The position numbers were made by a program, and so were the translations under genes. From Candidatus Iainarchaeum sp. (GTDB lineage Archaea > Iainarchaeota > Iainarchaeia > Iainarchaeales > JAFCCW01): a DNA stretch of 64,000 nt. Within the stretch, counting starts at the first letter, position 1. Each line of letters opens with the position of its first letter. The DNA lies in NCBI GenBank assembly GCA_017609985.1, contig JAFCCW010000013.1, positions 36,429 through 100,428 of the forward strand, written 5' to 3'. The notes below the pieces were generated by a model. That model made no database searches, was not told where the DNA came from, and saw only the letters and a list, made by a program, of their open reading frames with translations. Below are positions 18,535-28,825 of this stretch, piece after piece.

Positions 18535-19679
18535 TTTGTTATCCTCCTTACAATCTTGACTATATCTCCAACAGGAAGATCAAATATTCTATTACTATTT
18601 TCCAAAATTCCTTGTTTTTCAGCTCTTTTTCCTATCTCTCCCAAAAGTTCCTTAGCTTCCCTGTGCACTCTTGTCCAAATTTGTCTGTTTTCACTTTCCC
18701 ATTTTGAGAGATCTCCTGCGAGTTCCGAAAGATATATTATTTCTTCTCTGTTACTTCCTTCTGGCAAAGCATAATATCCTCTTATTGCAGCGGCTCTTTT
18801 TCTGCCAGCTGCGTCTCTCGTCATTTTATTCATCCTTGCCTGAAATCCAGTATCTGTTTTTTCGGAAAGAATATTTTCAAGAACTTTTTCTCTTTGCTCT
18901 CTTGTTCCTGTAAAGTTGGTGAACCCTGTGTCAGCGAATTCAGCCATATAATCGTCAAGAAGCTTTGCAAGCTCAGGATTTTTTGAAGGCTCTCTGCCAT
19001 TTTCTGCAGCTTTCTTTATTTGCTCTCTTGCTATTCCCAGCCTCTGTTCCATTGTTTTCTTGTCTGAGACAAACATCCTTGTTGTTGAGTCTGGTGGTTG
19101 TTTTCCTCTTTTAAAGTCATCATCCAACATTTCTTCAACTGCAGTTGCCATAGTATCTGCAAAGAAAGAACTTTTTGTAAATTCAGTTCTTGTGGATAGG
19201 AATTCTGAAAATGCTTTTGAGATCTCTTGGTTGCTTGCGTTTGGATATTTTGATTTTTGCATTCTTTTAGCAAGATTTCTCATCTGTTCGTTTACTTGTT
19301 CCTTAGACTGTCTTATTTTTCTCACTGCTGCGGAAGAGCGAAGTTTTTTCTTCAGACCATTAACCACTCTTCTATACTCATCTTCATCTACAATAAATAT
19401 TCCGTTGAAGTTAGTCATTGTTGAGAATCGCATTCCAAATTCTTCTGGAGCGCGTTTTGCTCCGCGATAGATGAGAGTGCTATATAGGGATCCTCTTTCC
19501 CCCCAGTCTCTTATTACTATTGGTTTTGAAATCTTCTTTTGTTTACATCTTTTTCTCAATTGCTCTTGCTGTTCAGGTGATAGTTTTGTTTTTGAAATAA
19601 CCTGGGCTAAATGCGTTCTGCTAATCAGTTTTCTCCTTGGAATCACTAAATCCAACCTCTTTTCCTTTTGTTTACTCAA
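18531..19679 (-). CDS. Hypothetical helical protein, possibly related to the helical region of PEP-utilising enzymes
   Basis: 382 aa; basic N-terminus; C-terminal EIGKR...IFDLPVGDI resembles the pre-mobile-domain segment; no His mobile domain seen. Confidence 0.45.
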   Translation of the reverse strand: MSKQKEKRLDLVIPRRKLISRTHLAQVISKTKLSPEQQEQLRKRCKQKKISKPIVIRDWGERGSLYSTLIYRGAKRAPEEFGMRFSTMTNFNGIFIVDEDEYRRVVNGLKKKLRSSAAVRKIRQSKEQVNEQMRNLAKRMQKSKYPNASNQEISKAFSEFLSTRTEFTKSSFFADTMATAVEEMLDDDFKRGKQPPDSTTRMFVSDKKTMEQRLGIAREQIKKAAENGREPSKNPELAKLLDDYMAEFADTGFTNFTGTREQREKVLENILSEKTDTGFQARMNKMTRDAAGRKRAAAIRGYYALPEGSNREEIIYLSELAGDLSKWESENRQIWTRVHREAKELLGEIGKRAEKQGILENSNRIFDLPVGDIVKIVRRITK

Positions 19680-21019
19680 CTGTCAATATAGGTTCCGCCA
19701 CTGAATTCAACCTCTTTTCCTTTTGGTTCTCCAACTATTTTGCCGGAGTCAAACACTAGCTGTCCTCGAACAATTGTTTTTACAACTGCTCCCTGCAGTT
19801 GCATTCCGTTGAAGGGGGACCAGTTGCATTTTGTGAACAGGTTTCCGTTTCTTGCCTTGAATGTCTTGTTCATGTTGACTATTGCAAAGTCTGCGTCAAA
19901 GCCTTTTGCAATAGCTCCTTTTCCTCTGATTCCAAAAATGCCGGCAGGTCTTTCACAGCATAACTTAACCATTTTTGCAAGAGCAAGTTTTCCTTCGTTA
20001 ACTGCATTCAGCATCAAGGGCATCATTGTTTCAATCCCTGGAACCCCTGCTGGTGCATCCCAGTATGGCTTGTTTTTTTCAGCCACTGTGTGTGGTGCAT
20101 GATCTGTTGCAACAGAGTCAATAATGTTTGACTCAATTCCCTGCCATAAAGCCAGCTTGTCTTCCTTGCTTCTCAGAGGAGGATTCATTTTTCCAAAGTT
20201 CCCAAGCTTTCCAGCGTCCTTTGAAGTCAAAAATAAGTGGTGCGGTGTTGCCTCACAGCTAATCTTTTTTCCCTTTCTCTTCGCATCCCTCACGAGTTCC
20301 ATTCCCTTTTTTGTGGAAACATGCAAAAAATGCATGTCATTTCCTGACTTTTCCTGATTTTTTAAAGCATAGCTTATTGCTTCAATCTCTGCATTTGCTG
20401 GTCTGATGTCTGAATGAAACAATGCAGTGTCAAGTCCTTCATTCTTTGCTCTTGCTGCATTTCTCTGAATTATTTTTTCATCTTCTGCGTGCACTGTAAC
20501 AGGCCTGCCAATTCTTTTAGCACTAATGCATATTTTTCGCATTGCTTCCAAGTCATCAACAAGAAGGGAGCCAGTGCTTGAACCCATAAAAATTTTAATG
20601 CTTGCAATGTTTCTGGAATTTTCAATCTGTGACCTGTTAAACTTTGTTGCTCCAAAGTGAAATCCATAGTCCACAAAGCTCTGCCCTGAAACAATTTCTC
20701 TTTTTTCTTCAAGATGCTCTAGTGTTGTAAGTGCGGGATTTGTATTTGGCATGTCAAGAACTGTTGTCACACCGCCTGCAGCAGCTGCACTGCTTCCAGT
20801 TTCCCAATCTTCTTTGTAGTCTGCGCCAGGGACACGAAAATGCACGTGCCCGTCAATTGCCCCTGGCAAAACAATGCAGCCAGAACAATCAATTACCTGG
20901 CTTCCTTTGAGGAGAGACCCGCTGACTTCCACAATCTTTCCATCATTTACTCCAATAAATGAATTTAGTGGTTTTCCCCGAGAGAAAACCCGGCCACCTT
21001 TCAAAACTAAGTCAAACAT
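19676..21019 (-). CDS. pyrC: Dihydroorotase
   Basis: DGHVHFR, DMPNT, EATPHH, KMNPPLR, ATDHAPH; in pyr cluster. Confidence 0.92.
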   Translation of the reverse strand: MFDLVLKGGRVFSRGKPLNSFIGVNDGKIVEVSGSLLKGSQVIDCSGCIVLPGAIDGHVHFRVPGADYKEDWETGSSAAAAGGVTTVLDMPNTNPALTTLEHLEEKREIVSGQSFVDYGFHFGATKFNRSQIENSRNIASIKIFMGSSTGSLLVDDLEAMRKICISAKRIGRPVTVHAEDEKIIQRNAARAKNEGLDTALFHSDIRPANAEIEAISYALKNQEKSGNDMHFLHVSTKKGMELVRDAKRKGKKISCEATPHHLFLTSKDAGKLGNFGKMNPPLRSKEDKLALWQGIESNIIDSVATDHAPHTVAEKNKPYWDAPAGVPGIETMMPLMLNAVNEGKLALAKMVKLCCERPAGIFGIRGKGAIAKGFDADFAIVNMNKTFKARNGNLFTKCNWSPFNGMQLQGAVVKTIVRGQLVFDSGKIVGEPKGKEVEFSGGTYIDS

Positions 21020-21094
21020 TTCCCCACCTTTCCTTATTTTTATGTTTTTAATTTCTAATTTTATAATCTTAATTTACTTCAAGCTCTCAGCAAT

Positions 21095-21901
21095 TCAGCA
21101 CTTGTTTCCCTTAGAATATTCTCCCAAGTCAACAAGCTTTCCACTCTTTGTTCTTGCAAATTTTCCAAGCTCTGTCAGCTGTTCAAGATGCTTTTTGTCA
21201 AACACTGGCCCTTCAACGCAAACAAGCTTTCCGTTAATGCAGCATTCTCCGCACAAGCCAACAGCGCACTTCATAAAGCGTTCAAGAGAAAATTGGCATT
21301 CAATTCCTTTTTTCTTGCAAACCTCGAGAAGAGGAACCAGCATGACCTCTGGTCCGCAGGCAAATACGCAATCAAAACCTTCTTTCCCAAGAAGCTCTTC
21401 AACTTTTTGGGTTGTGAAACCCTTCTCTCCTTTGCTCCCATCATCCGTTGTTATGTATAAATCACTTATTTTTTCAAGTCTTTTTTCATAGGGTAACAGG
21501 TCAGCAGTTCTTGCTCCAAGAACATATGCTGGCTTCTTGCCGTGCTCTGCAAGCATTTCTGCAAGCGCGGTGAGGTTTGCATTGCCACAGCCTCCTCCAA
21601 CAAGCAATGGCTTTGTTGTCTTTCCAAAGTGAAATCCGTGCCCAAAAGGTCCTCTGACACCAAATTCGTCTCCTTCTTTTAGCTTATGCATTTTCTCTGT
21701 AAAAATTCCTCTTTTCTGAACACTTATTGCTGACTCGTTTCCAATTGAGGAGAGAGTAAATGGTTTTTCATCAATTCCCGGAAGCCAAACCATAACAAAC
21801 TGCCCTGGTGAAGCATTCAACTCTTGTTCGAACCAGAAAGTCTTAATATCACTACACTCTTGCTCGATTTTCTTTATCTTTACTATCACGTGATTATCCA
21901 T
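21095..21901 (-). CDS. pyrK: Dihydroorotate dehydrogenase electron transfer subunit
   Basis: PGQFVM, RGPFGHGF, ACGPEVM, ERFMKCAVGLCGEC..VCVEGPVF. Confidence 0.93.
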   Translation of the reverse strand: MDNHVIVKIKKIEQECSDIKTFWFEQELNASPGQFVMVWLPGIDEKPFTLSSIGNESAISVQKRGIFTEKMHKLKEGDEFGVRGPFGHGFHFGKTTKPLLVGGGCGNANLTALAEMLAEHGKKPAYVLGARTADLLPYEKRLEKISDLYITTDDGSKGEKGFTTQKVEELLGKEGFDCVFACGPEVMLVPLLEVCKKKGIECQFSLERFMKCAVGLCGECCINGKLVCVEGPVFDKKHLEQLTELGKFARTKSGKLVDLGEYSKGNKC

Positions 21902-21956
21902 GAGCAACACCCGCTAGTTCATTATATTTATAAACAGGTTCAACAAGCCTATTATT

Positions 21957-22040
21957 ATGGTTGAAGAAAAAACAGTTAAAGAGCTTTCCAAGATGGTTAA
22001 AGATAACCTTAAAGTCTATAAGGAACTTGCTAAGCATTAG
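21957..22040 (+). CDS. Putative minimal antitoxin peptide (27 aa)
   Basis: MVEEKTVKELSKMVKDNLKVYKELAKH*; TATA-like tatttataaa about 25 nt upstream; stop overlaps doc stop. Confidence 0.55.
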   Translation: MVEEKTVKELSKMVKDNLKVYKELAKH

Positions 22041-22423
22041 TTTATTCTTGTTTTCAGCCATTTCTTCACACCTCTAATTTTTACTTTTTTTGCACCGACT
22101 TTTTTGAGAAATTCAACATCTTCCATTTTCAGCTTAAGGTCTTTTCCATTGATCCTCAGGAATCTGTCAGTTATAGCGCTTGCTCCTCTTTTGTTTCCAT
22201 CCATAAAAGTGTGCTTTGTTGCTATCTCTCTTAAAAGAAATGCTGCTTTCATCAAAACACATTCTTTTTCTTCATTGTACAATTCCCTTACCCTCTGCAA
22301 TGAAAAATCAAGAGAAGCTATCTCTCTAAACATAGGCTTAGCTTTTGTTTGCAACATCACTTCATTGTAAACCATAAGCGCTTCCTCCAAAGAAAGATAT
22401 TTGACCTCATTTATGAGCAACAC
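22037..22423 (-). CDS. Doc-type (Fic/Doc family) toxin
   Basis: HTFMDGNKR (Doc variant with Lys), KYLSLEE, FLRING. Confidence 0.85.
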   Translation of the reverse strand: MLLINEVKYLSLEEALMVYNEVMLQTKAKPMFREIASLDFSLQRVRELYNEEKECVLMKAAFLLREIATKHTFMDGNKRGASAITDRFLRINGKDLKLKMEDVEFLKKVGAKKVKIRGVKKWLKTRIN

Positions 22424-23336
22424 CCACTACGTCTTTGAGGTTTTTTACTCCCTCTTGGTTCATCCATTTTTCTGTTTCTCCAAGCACGTCTCCAAAAACA
22501 TCTAAATCTCTCGTGTAATGGATTGCTGTGCCGATTCCATACATGCTTGCTCCTGCCATTGCATATTCTATCAGGTCTCGTCCATGGCTTATTCCGCCCA
22601 TTCCAAGAATTGGCACTTCTCCACCAGTTGCTTCATAAATATCGTAAACGCATCTTACTCCAATTGGTTTTATTGCCGGACCCGACAGCCCGCCTCTCTT
22701 GTTTGCAAGAACTGGTGCACGGGCTTCAATATTTATCAGCATTCCCGGACCGACTGTATTGATTGCACAGATTGCATCTGCTCCTGCGTCCACACAAGCC
22801 TTTGCTACTTCTCCTATGTCGTGCGCCTGCGGAGTCATCTTTGGCATTACGGGAATCTTTCCAACAGCATTTTTTACTTTCTCGGTCACCTTTGCAGCGT
22901 CCTCTGCTCTTAGCCCAAAAGCCTGCCCGTGTCCTTTTGCGTGGGGACAGCTGATGTTCGGCTCAATCAAAGCAGGCTTGTGAACTGCAACAGCTTTTGC
23001 AACCTCTTCAAAGTCTTCAAAGCTTCCGCCAAGAATGCTTGCAATAACCCTGTCCATTCTTCCGTTCAATCCTTGCCATTCATCATTAAGATTTTCAATT
23101 CCCGGGGTGGGCAATCCAACAGCATTTATTACTCCGTGCTCCCATGGAACAACAGTGGGATTAGGATTTCCTTCCCGTTCCACCAGGCCGATGCTCTTCA
23201 TTGTAACAGCTCCAGCGCCGCCCTCGTCAAGAACTCTGAGGAGAACTTCAGCATTTACTCCAAGAAATCCTGACGGAAGAACAGCAGGGTTTGGAAATTT
23301 CTTTCCGCAAAAAACAGTTTTGAACTCTAAACCCAT
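22407..23336 (-). CDS. pyrD: Dihydroorotate dehydrogenase family 1B catalytic subunit
   Basis: REGNPNP, INAVGL, NISCPH, AINT, GGLSGPAIKP, GMGGI. Confidence 0.93.
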   Translation of the reverse strand: MGLEFKTVFCGKKFPNPAVLPSGFLGVNAEVLLRVLDEGGAGAVTMKSIGLVEREGNPNPTVVPWEHGVINAVGLPTPGIENLNDEWQGLNGRMDRVIASILGGSFEDFEEVAKAVAVHKPALIEPNISCPHAKGHGQAFGLRAEDAAKVTEKVKNAVGKIPVMPKMTPQAHDIGEVAKACVDAGADAICAINTVGPGMLINIEARAPVLANKRGGLSGPAIKPIGVRCVYDIYEATGGEVPILGMGGISHGRDLIEYAMAGASMYGIGTAIHYTRDLDVFGDVLGETEKWMNQEGVKNLKDVVGVAHK

Positions 23337-23434
23337 CAAACCCGCTAAGTACAAGGTGCAGCAGTTTTTTTAAAGATATCTTGAACCACAAAATAAAATA
23401 CTCTGATTTAAATATTTCTAATGTCTAATAATAA

Positions 23435-24751
<1,317 letters not shown>

Positions 24752-24755
24752 AAAC

Positions 24756-25709
24756 TCACTCTTTTAGCATTTCAATAAGAGAAGTATAATCGCGTCTGTC
24801 AAGATGCAGGCGCTTGAACATCAGCATGGAAAACATTTGAGGGGTAAATACGCCGAATTCGCATACAATTCCCTCAATATATTCTCTTTCTGTGATATCA
24901 AAAGCAGGGTTCTCCACTTTCACATTTTTAATCTTTTTATCCCAGACTTCTTCAGACGGGCGTTGCTCTATTTTCTCTTCAACACCATAGTATGTCAGCG
25001 GGTCAAAGCCATAGCTGGAGGTTGCAACATAGTGCGGTGTTTCCATCTTCTGTGCTGCAAGGCTTATCATTCTTGTTCCAATCTTGTTCACTACATCTCC
25101 GTCTGCTAGAACAGCGTCTGCTCCTGTGAAAAAATAATCACAGTCTCGCAGATGATTCATGGCTGAACTGTCCACAACAAGCCTGACGGGAATTCCCTTC
25201 TTTGCTAAATTGCTTGCAGTAATTCTTCCCTGAAATCTTGGTCTTGTTTCAGTGCACACAACAGCCTTGATTTTTTTTTGCCGGTGTGCTTCTGAGATGA
25301 TTTCTTCAACCGTGCTTGAATGGCAGTGCGTAAAAACAGTGCTTTCTTTTCTAATAAGTGCAGAGCCGACTTTTGCAATTTTTTTCATGGCTTGTTCCCT
25401 GTTCTGTTCATAATCGTCAATTTTTCTGACAACACTGTTCTTTAATTCCTGATAAGTTTTCTGAGCCTGTGTTGTGTGCAGAACAACACGCATTGCAGTT
25501 CTTGTCTCTGGTTCGGTTGGTCTGGCAGTCACCAGCTTCCAAATGTTTCTCTTCAGCTCGTTCCTGAAAGCATCAGCAGTTTTTGCCTTGCTCTCTTGAA
25601 CAGATTCCCTTATTGCTTTGAGAACAGTCTTCCTTACATTGCTTGCGCCCTGAACCTTAAGGCTCTTGATTCTCTCAACTGCCTTTTTTACAACCTTGTC
25701 TGCAGACAT
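24756..25709 (-). CDS. Ribose-1,5-bisphosphate isomerase / eIF-2B family protein
   Basis: VQGA, RPTEP, THCHS, ETRP..QG, GAD, NKIGT, NPAFD; AMP phosphorylase nearby. Confidence 0.8.
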   Translation of the reverse strand: MSADKVVKKAVERIKSLKVQGASNVRKTVLKAIRESVQESKAKTADAFRNELKRNIWKLVTARPTEPETRTAMRVVLHTTQAQKTYQELKNSVVRKIDDYEQNREQAMKKIAKVGSALIRKESTVFTHCHSSTVEEIISEAHRQKKIKAVVCTETRPRFQGRITASNLAKKGIPVRLVVDSSAMNHLRDCDYFFTGADAVLADGDVVNKIGTRMISLAAQKMETPHYVATSSYGFDPLTYYGVEEKIEQRPSEEVWDKKIKNVKVENPAFDITEREYIEGIVCEFGVFTPQMFSMLMFKRLHLDRRDYTSLIEMLKE

Positions 25710-25869
25710 AATGCAAATAGAATGCTTTTTGTGTATAAAAGCTTTTTTCCAAACAGAACTTTTTTATTCCCGCAATATTTCTTTTCCGGTTTGTTTCCGC
25801 GAAACCCTTTTAAATCGTTTTAGTAGGGATTATTTACAGAACTTCTTTACGGGATAGGGGGATTAATTT

Positions 25870-27051
25870 ATGGATGATTTTGTCAAAAAAGCGCTTAAGA
25901 GGGCACAGGGTGCTGAAAAATCTGTTAAGGCAACACAGAAAAAGGAAAAGAAGATTTTAAAGACTTCAAAAAAGGTTCCAAAGGGAGACAAGGTTGTTTC
26001 TCTTAGAAGCGATGAAGATCTTGTAAAACTTCTTGAAACAAGCCAGGCAAAAATTCATGTTGTCGGAATCGGTGGAGGAGGTTGCAACACGCTTCAGAGA
26101 ATGACTGAAGTTGGCATAGCTGGAGCAGAAACTTTTGCAGTTAACACTGATGCTCAAGACCTTCTTTCAACAAATTCTGACAGAAAAATGCTTATTGGAA
26201 AAAAGCTAACGCGCGGACTTGGCTCCGGCTCTGACCCACAAGTTGGAGAAGCAGCAGCAAGAGAATCCATTGAAGACCTTAGAGAAGAATTAGAGGAAAG
26301 CGATTTAGTATTCATTACCTGCGGAATGGGTGGCGGAACAGGAACAGGTGCCTCACCAATGGTTGCAGAAATTGCAAAAGAATCCAAGGCTCTTACAATA
26401 GGAGTCGTAACTCTTCCCTTCACTGTAGAGGGAAAGAAGAGAATGGAGAACGCGCTTATGGGACTTCAGGCTCTGAGAAAGAATGCTGACACAGTAATTG
26501 TTATTCCAAACGACAAAATCCTTGAAATAGCTCCAGACTTGCCCGTTAACGCAGCTTTCAAAGTTGCAGACGAAGTTTTAACAAACGCAGTTAAGGGAAT
26601 CACTGAACTTGTTACAAAACCAGGTTTGATTAATCTTGATTTTGCTGACCTGAAAACAATCCTCAAGAGAGGCGGAGCAGCAATGATTGGGTTGGGAGAA
26701 AGCCATTCTTCAGAGGCAAGCGAAACACGTGCTCTTGAAGCTGTTGAAAACGCGCTTACATCCCCCCTCCTTGACGTTGACATAAGCAATGCAAGCCGTG
26801 CATTGGTCAATGTTGTGGGTGGAGCAGACATGACTCTCAGAGAAGCTGAGATGATTGTTGAAACTGTTGGAGCAAAAATCAATCCTGGTGCTCACATTAT
26901 TTGGGGTGCAATGGTTGATGAGAATATTCCAAAAAACCAGATTCAAGCAATGGTTGTTGTTGCTGGAGGAAAATTTCCTTATCTTGACGGCGAAAATCTT
27001 GATTTGGACAAAGAAGGGCCTATTGACCTCGGAATCGAGTTCACAGGTTAG
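25870..27051 (+). CDS. ftsZ: Cell division protein FtsZ
   Basis: GIGGGGCN, GMGGGTGTG, INLDFAD. Confidence 0.97.
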   Translation: MDDFVKKALKRAQGAEKSVKATQKKEKKILKTSKKVPKGDKVVSLRSDEDLVKLLETSQAKIHVVGIGGGGCNTLQRMTEVGIAGAETFAVNTDAQDLLSTNSDRKMLIGKKLTRGLGSGSDPQVGEAAARESIEDLREELEESDLVFITCGMGGGTGTGASPMVAEIAKESKALTIGVVTLPFTVEGKKRMENALMGLQALRKNADTVIVIPNDKILEIAPDLPVNAAFKVADEVLTNAVKGITELVTKPGLINLDFADLKTILKRGGAAMIGLGESHSSEASETRALEAVENALTSPLLDVDISNASRALVNVVGGADMTLREAEMIVETVGAKINPGAHIIWGAMVDENIPKNQIQAMVVVAGGKFPYLDGENLDLDKEGPIDLGIEFTG

Positions 27052-27079
27052 CTTTTTAAGCAATAGGGAATGATAGGTT

Positions 27080-27256
27080 ATGATGCTGGACATTGGAAAA
27101 TTTCTTTCTGACTCAAAGCGAGTACTCCTTATTGCTCGAAAACCAGGTTGGGATGAATTCAAGACAATGGCAAAAATAACAGGATTGGGAATAATTGTCA
27201 TTGGAGCAATTGGATTCTTTGTGCTTCTTTTCTTCACGCTGATTGGCTTGAAGTAG
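27080..27256 (+). CDS. secE: Protein translocase subunit SecE/Sec61-gamma (58 aa)
   Basis: Hand translation: RVLLIARKPGWDEFKTMAKITGLGIIVIGAIGFF; ftsZ-secE-spt5 synteny. Confidence 0.93.
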   Translation: MMLDIGKFLSDSKRVLLIARKPGWDEFKTMAKITGLGIIVIGAIGFFVLLFFTLIGLK

Positions 27257-27271
27257 TTTTTTTTCAGGAAC

Positions 27272-27332
27272 AGCCCATGCGACTGAAAGGAGTGTGGGCT
27301 ACTTGCCAGCCGAAAGCCACGGCTTAGGATAG
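27272..27332 (+). ncRNA. Putative structured small RNA, copy 2 (unknown family)
   Basis: AGCCCAUGC-GACUGAAAGGA-GUGUGGGCU-A-CUU-G-CCAGCCG-AAAGCCA-CGGCUUA-GGAUAG then U6. Confidence 0.65.
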
Positions 27333-27394
27333 TTTTTTAATGCTTTATGAAGTCAATTAGTTTACTAATTTCTCCTTTTTGGGGCTGAATTAAA

Positions 27395-27838
27395 ATGATT
27401 TTTCCGGTGAGAACAACAGTTGGGCAGGAAAGCCTTGTGGTAGATATAATTAGCAGTAAGATAAAGGCAGAAGGCCTTAACATTTACTCTATTGCTGTTA
27501 TTCCGGGTCTAAGGGGCTATATGCTCATTGAAGCAGACAATGAAATGACTGTAAGACGTGCAATGACTAATACTCCTCACATTAAGGGCAGGGGTGTTGT
27601 TGGCGGAGGCGAGGTTAAAATTTCCGAGCTTGATTCACTGCTTGAAGCAAAGCCTTTGATGAAGAGCATTAAAGAGGGTCAGAAAGTTCAGCTTATAAGC
27701 GGTCCTTTCAAGAACGAGAAAGCAAAGGTGCTGAGAATTAATGCGCCAAAAGAAGAAGTTACTGTTGAACTGCTTGAAGCAGCTGTAAAGATTCCTGTCA
27801 CTATAAAGGCAGAGCATATCAGGATTTTGAAGGAATAG
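27395..27838 (+). CDS. spt5: Transcription elongation factor Spt5/NusG
   Basis: VRTTVGQE, LRGYMLIE, KOW motif ISGPFK, IPVTI. Confidence 0.94.
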   Translation: MIFPVRTTVGQESLVVDIISSKIKAEGLNIYSIAVIPGLRGYMLIEADNEMTVRRAMTNTPHIKGRGVVGGGEVKISELDSLLEAKPLMKSIKEGQKVQLISGPFKNEKAKVLRINAPKEEVTVELLEAAVKIPVTIKAEHIRILKE

Positions 27839-27863
27839 GAGATAGGAATAAGGAGATGATTTA

Positions 27864-28721
27864 ATGCCTGAGATAAGCGTTTTGGTTGAAGGAGGCAAGG
27901 CTTCTGCTGGTGCTCCGCTTGGTCCAGCTCTTGGTCCTCTTGGAGTAAACATTGGAGAAATTGTCAATTCAATTAATGAAAAAACAAAGAATTACAATGG
28001 AATGAAGGTTCCAGTAAAAGTTATTGTTGACTCTGGAACAAAAGAGTTTGACATAAAGGTTGGTTCTCCCCCTGCTTCAGCACTTATTAAGCAAGAGTTA
28101 GGAATTGACAAAGCAGCTCAAAATCCAAAAACAGAGGTTGTTGGAAACTTGTCAATGGATCAGGTTGTGAAGATTGCTAAAATGAAAATGGATGACCTTG
28201 CATCCTCTGAAATAAGAAGTGCTGCAAGGGAAATCATTGGCGCCTGCAATAGCATGGGCGTTACAGTTGACGGAAAAAAAGCAAAAATTGTCCAGGGCTT
28301 AATTGTTGCTGGAAAATATGATTCTGTTCTCGGTGGACCTGTTGTTTCAGATTCTTCTCCTGTTCAGAATGCTATTGCAGAGCAAAAGGCAGAGGAAAAA
28401 GTGAAAGAAGAAGAAGTGAAAACAGAAGAAAAAGAGCAAAAAGAGCAAACCCCTGCTGTTGACACAGAAGCTGATGAAAAAGCAGAGGCTCTTGCGGAAG
28501 GGCCTGTTGAATCTTCAGAATCTAATATTGAACAGGAAGCAGAGGCTTTGATGGAAGAAAAATCTGCTGAACCTGCTGTTGTTGAAGAAGCAAAGCAGAA
28601 TATTGAACAGTTAAAAGAGATTGTTGAAGACAATAGTCAAGACAAATCTGAAGAACAGAAAGAGCAGACTAAAGCAGGAGAAAACAAGGCTAGTGAAGAG
28701 AAAAAGCCTAAACCCGAATAA
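27864..28721 (+). CDS. rpl11: Ribosomal protein uL11 with long acidic C-terminal extension
   Basis: GGKASAGAPLGPALGPLG, GMKVPV, IIGACNSMG; roughly 125 extra Glu-rich residues. Confidence 0.94.
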   Translation: MPEISVLVEGGKASAGAPLGPALGPLGVNIGEIVNSINEKTKNYNGMKVPVKVIVDSGTKEFDIKVGSPPASALIKQELGIDKAAQNPKTEVVGNLSMDQVVKIAKMKMDDLASSEIRSAAREIIGACNSMGVTVDGKKAKIVQGLIVAGKYDSVLGGPVVSDSSPVQNAIAEQKAEEKVKEEEVKTEEKEQKEQTPAVDTEADEKAEALAEGPVESSESNIEQEAEALMEEKSAEPAVVEEAKQNIEQLKEIVEDNSQDKSEEQKEQTKAGENKASEEKKPKPE

Positions 28722-28825
28722 TATTTAAAGGTTTCATTTGAAAACTATAATATAGAAGTGCTGTTTTTTAACAGCCGTTTACCACTCTCTCTTCCGATTA
28801 GGGATGGGCTGTGGGAGGCAATAAA

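Larger units (their letters stand above)
21900..22425. mobile_element. Toxin-antitoxin cassette bounded by 13-bp direct repeats
   Basis: atgagcaacaccc at 21900-21912 and 22413-22425 flanks doc and a 27-aa ORF. Confidence 0.75.

Noticed and set aside
27272-27332. Hammerhead, twister, pistol, H/ACA or IS200/IS605 end as identity of the RNA motif
   Set aside because: Core consensus elements do not fit by eye (no CUGAUGA/GAAA core in both copies, no ACA after the capped stem, no tnpA/tnpB nearby); not excluded without a covariance search
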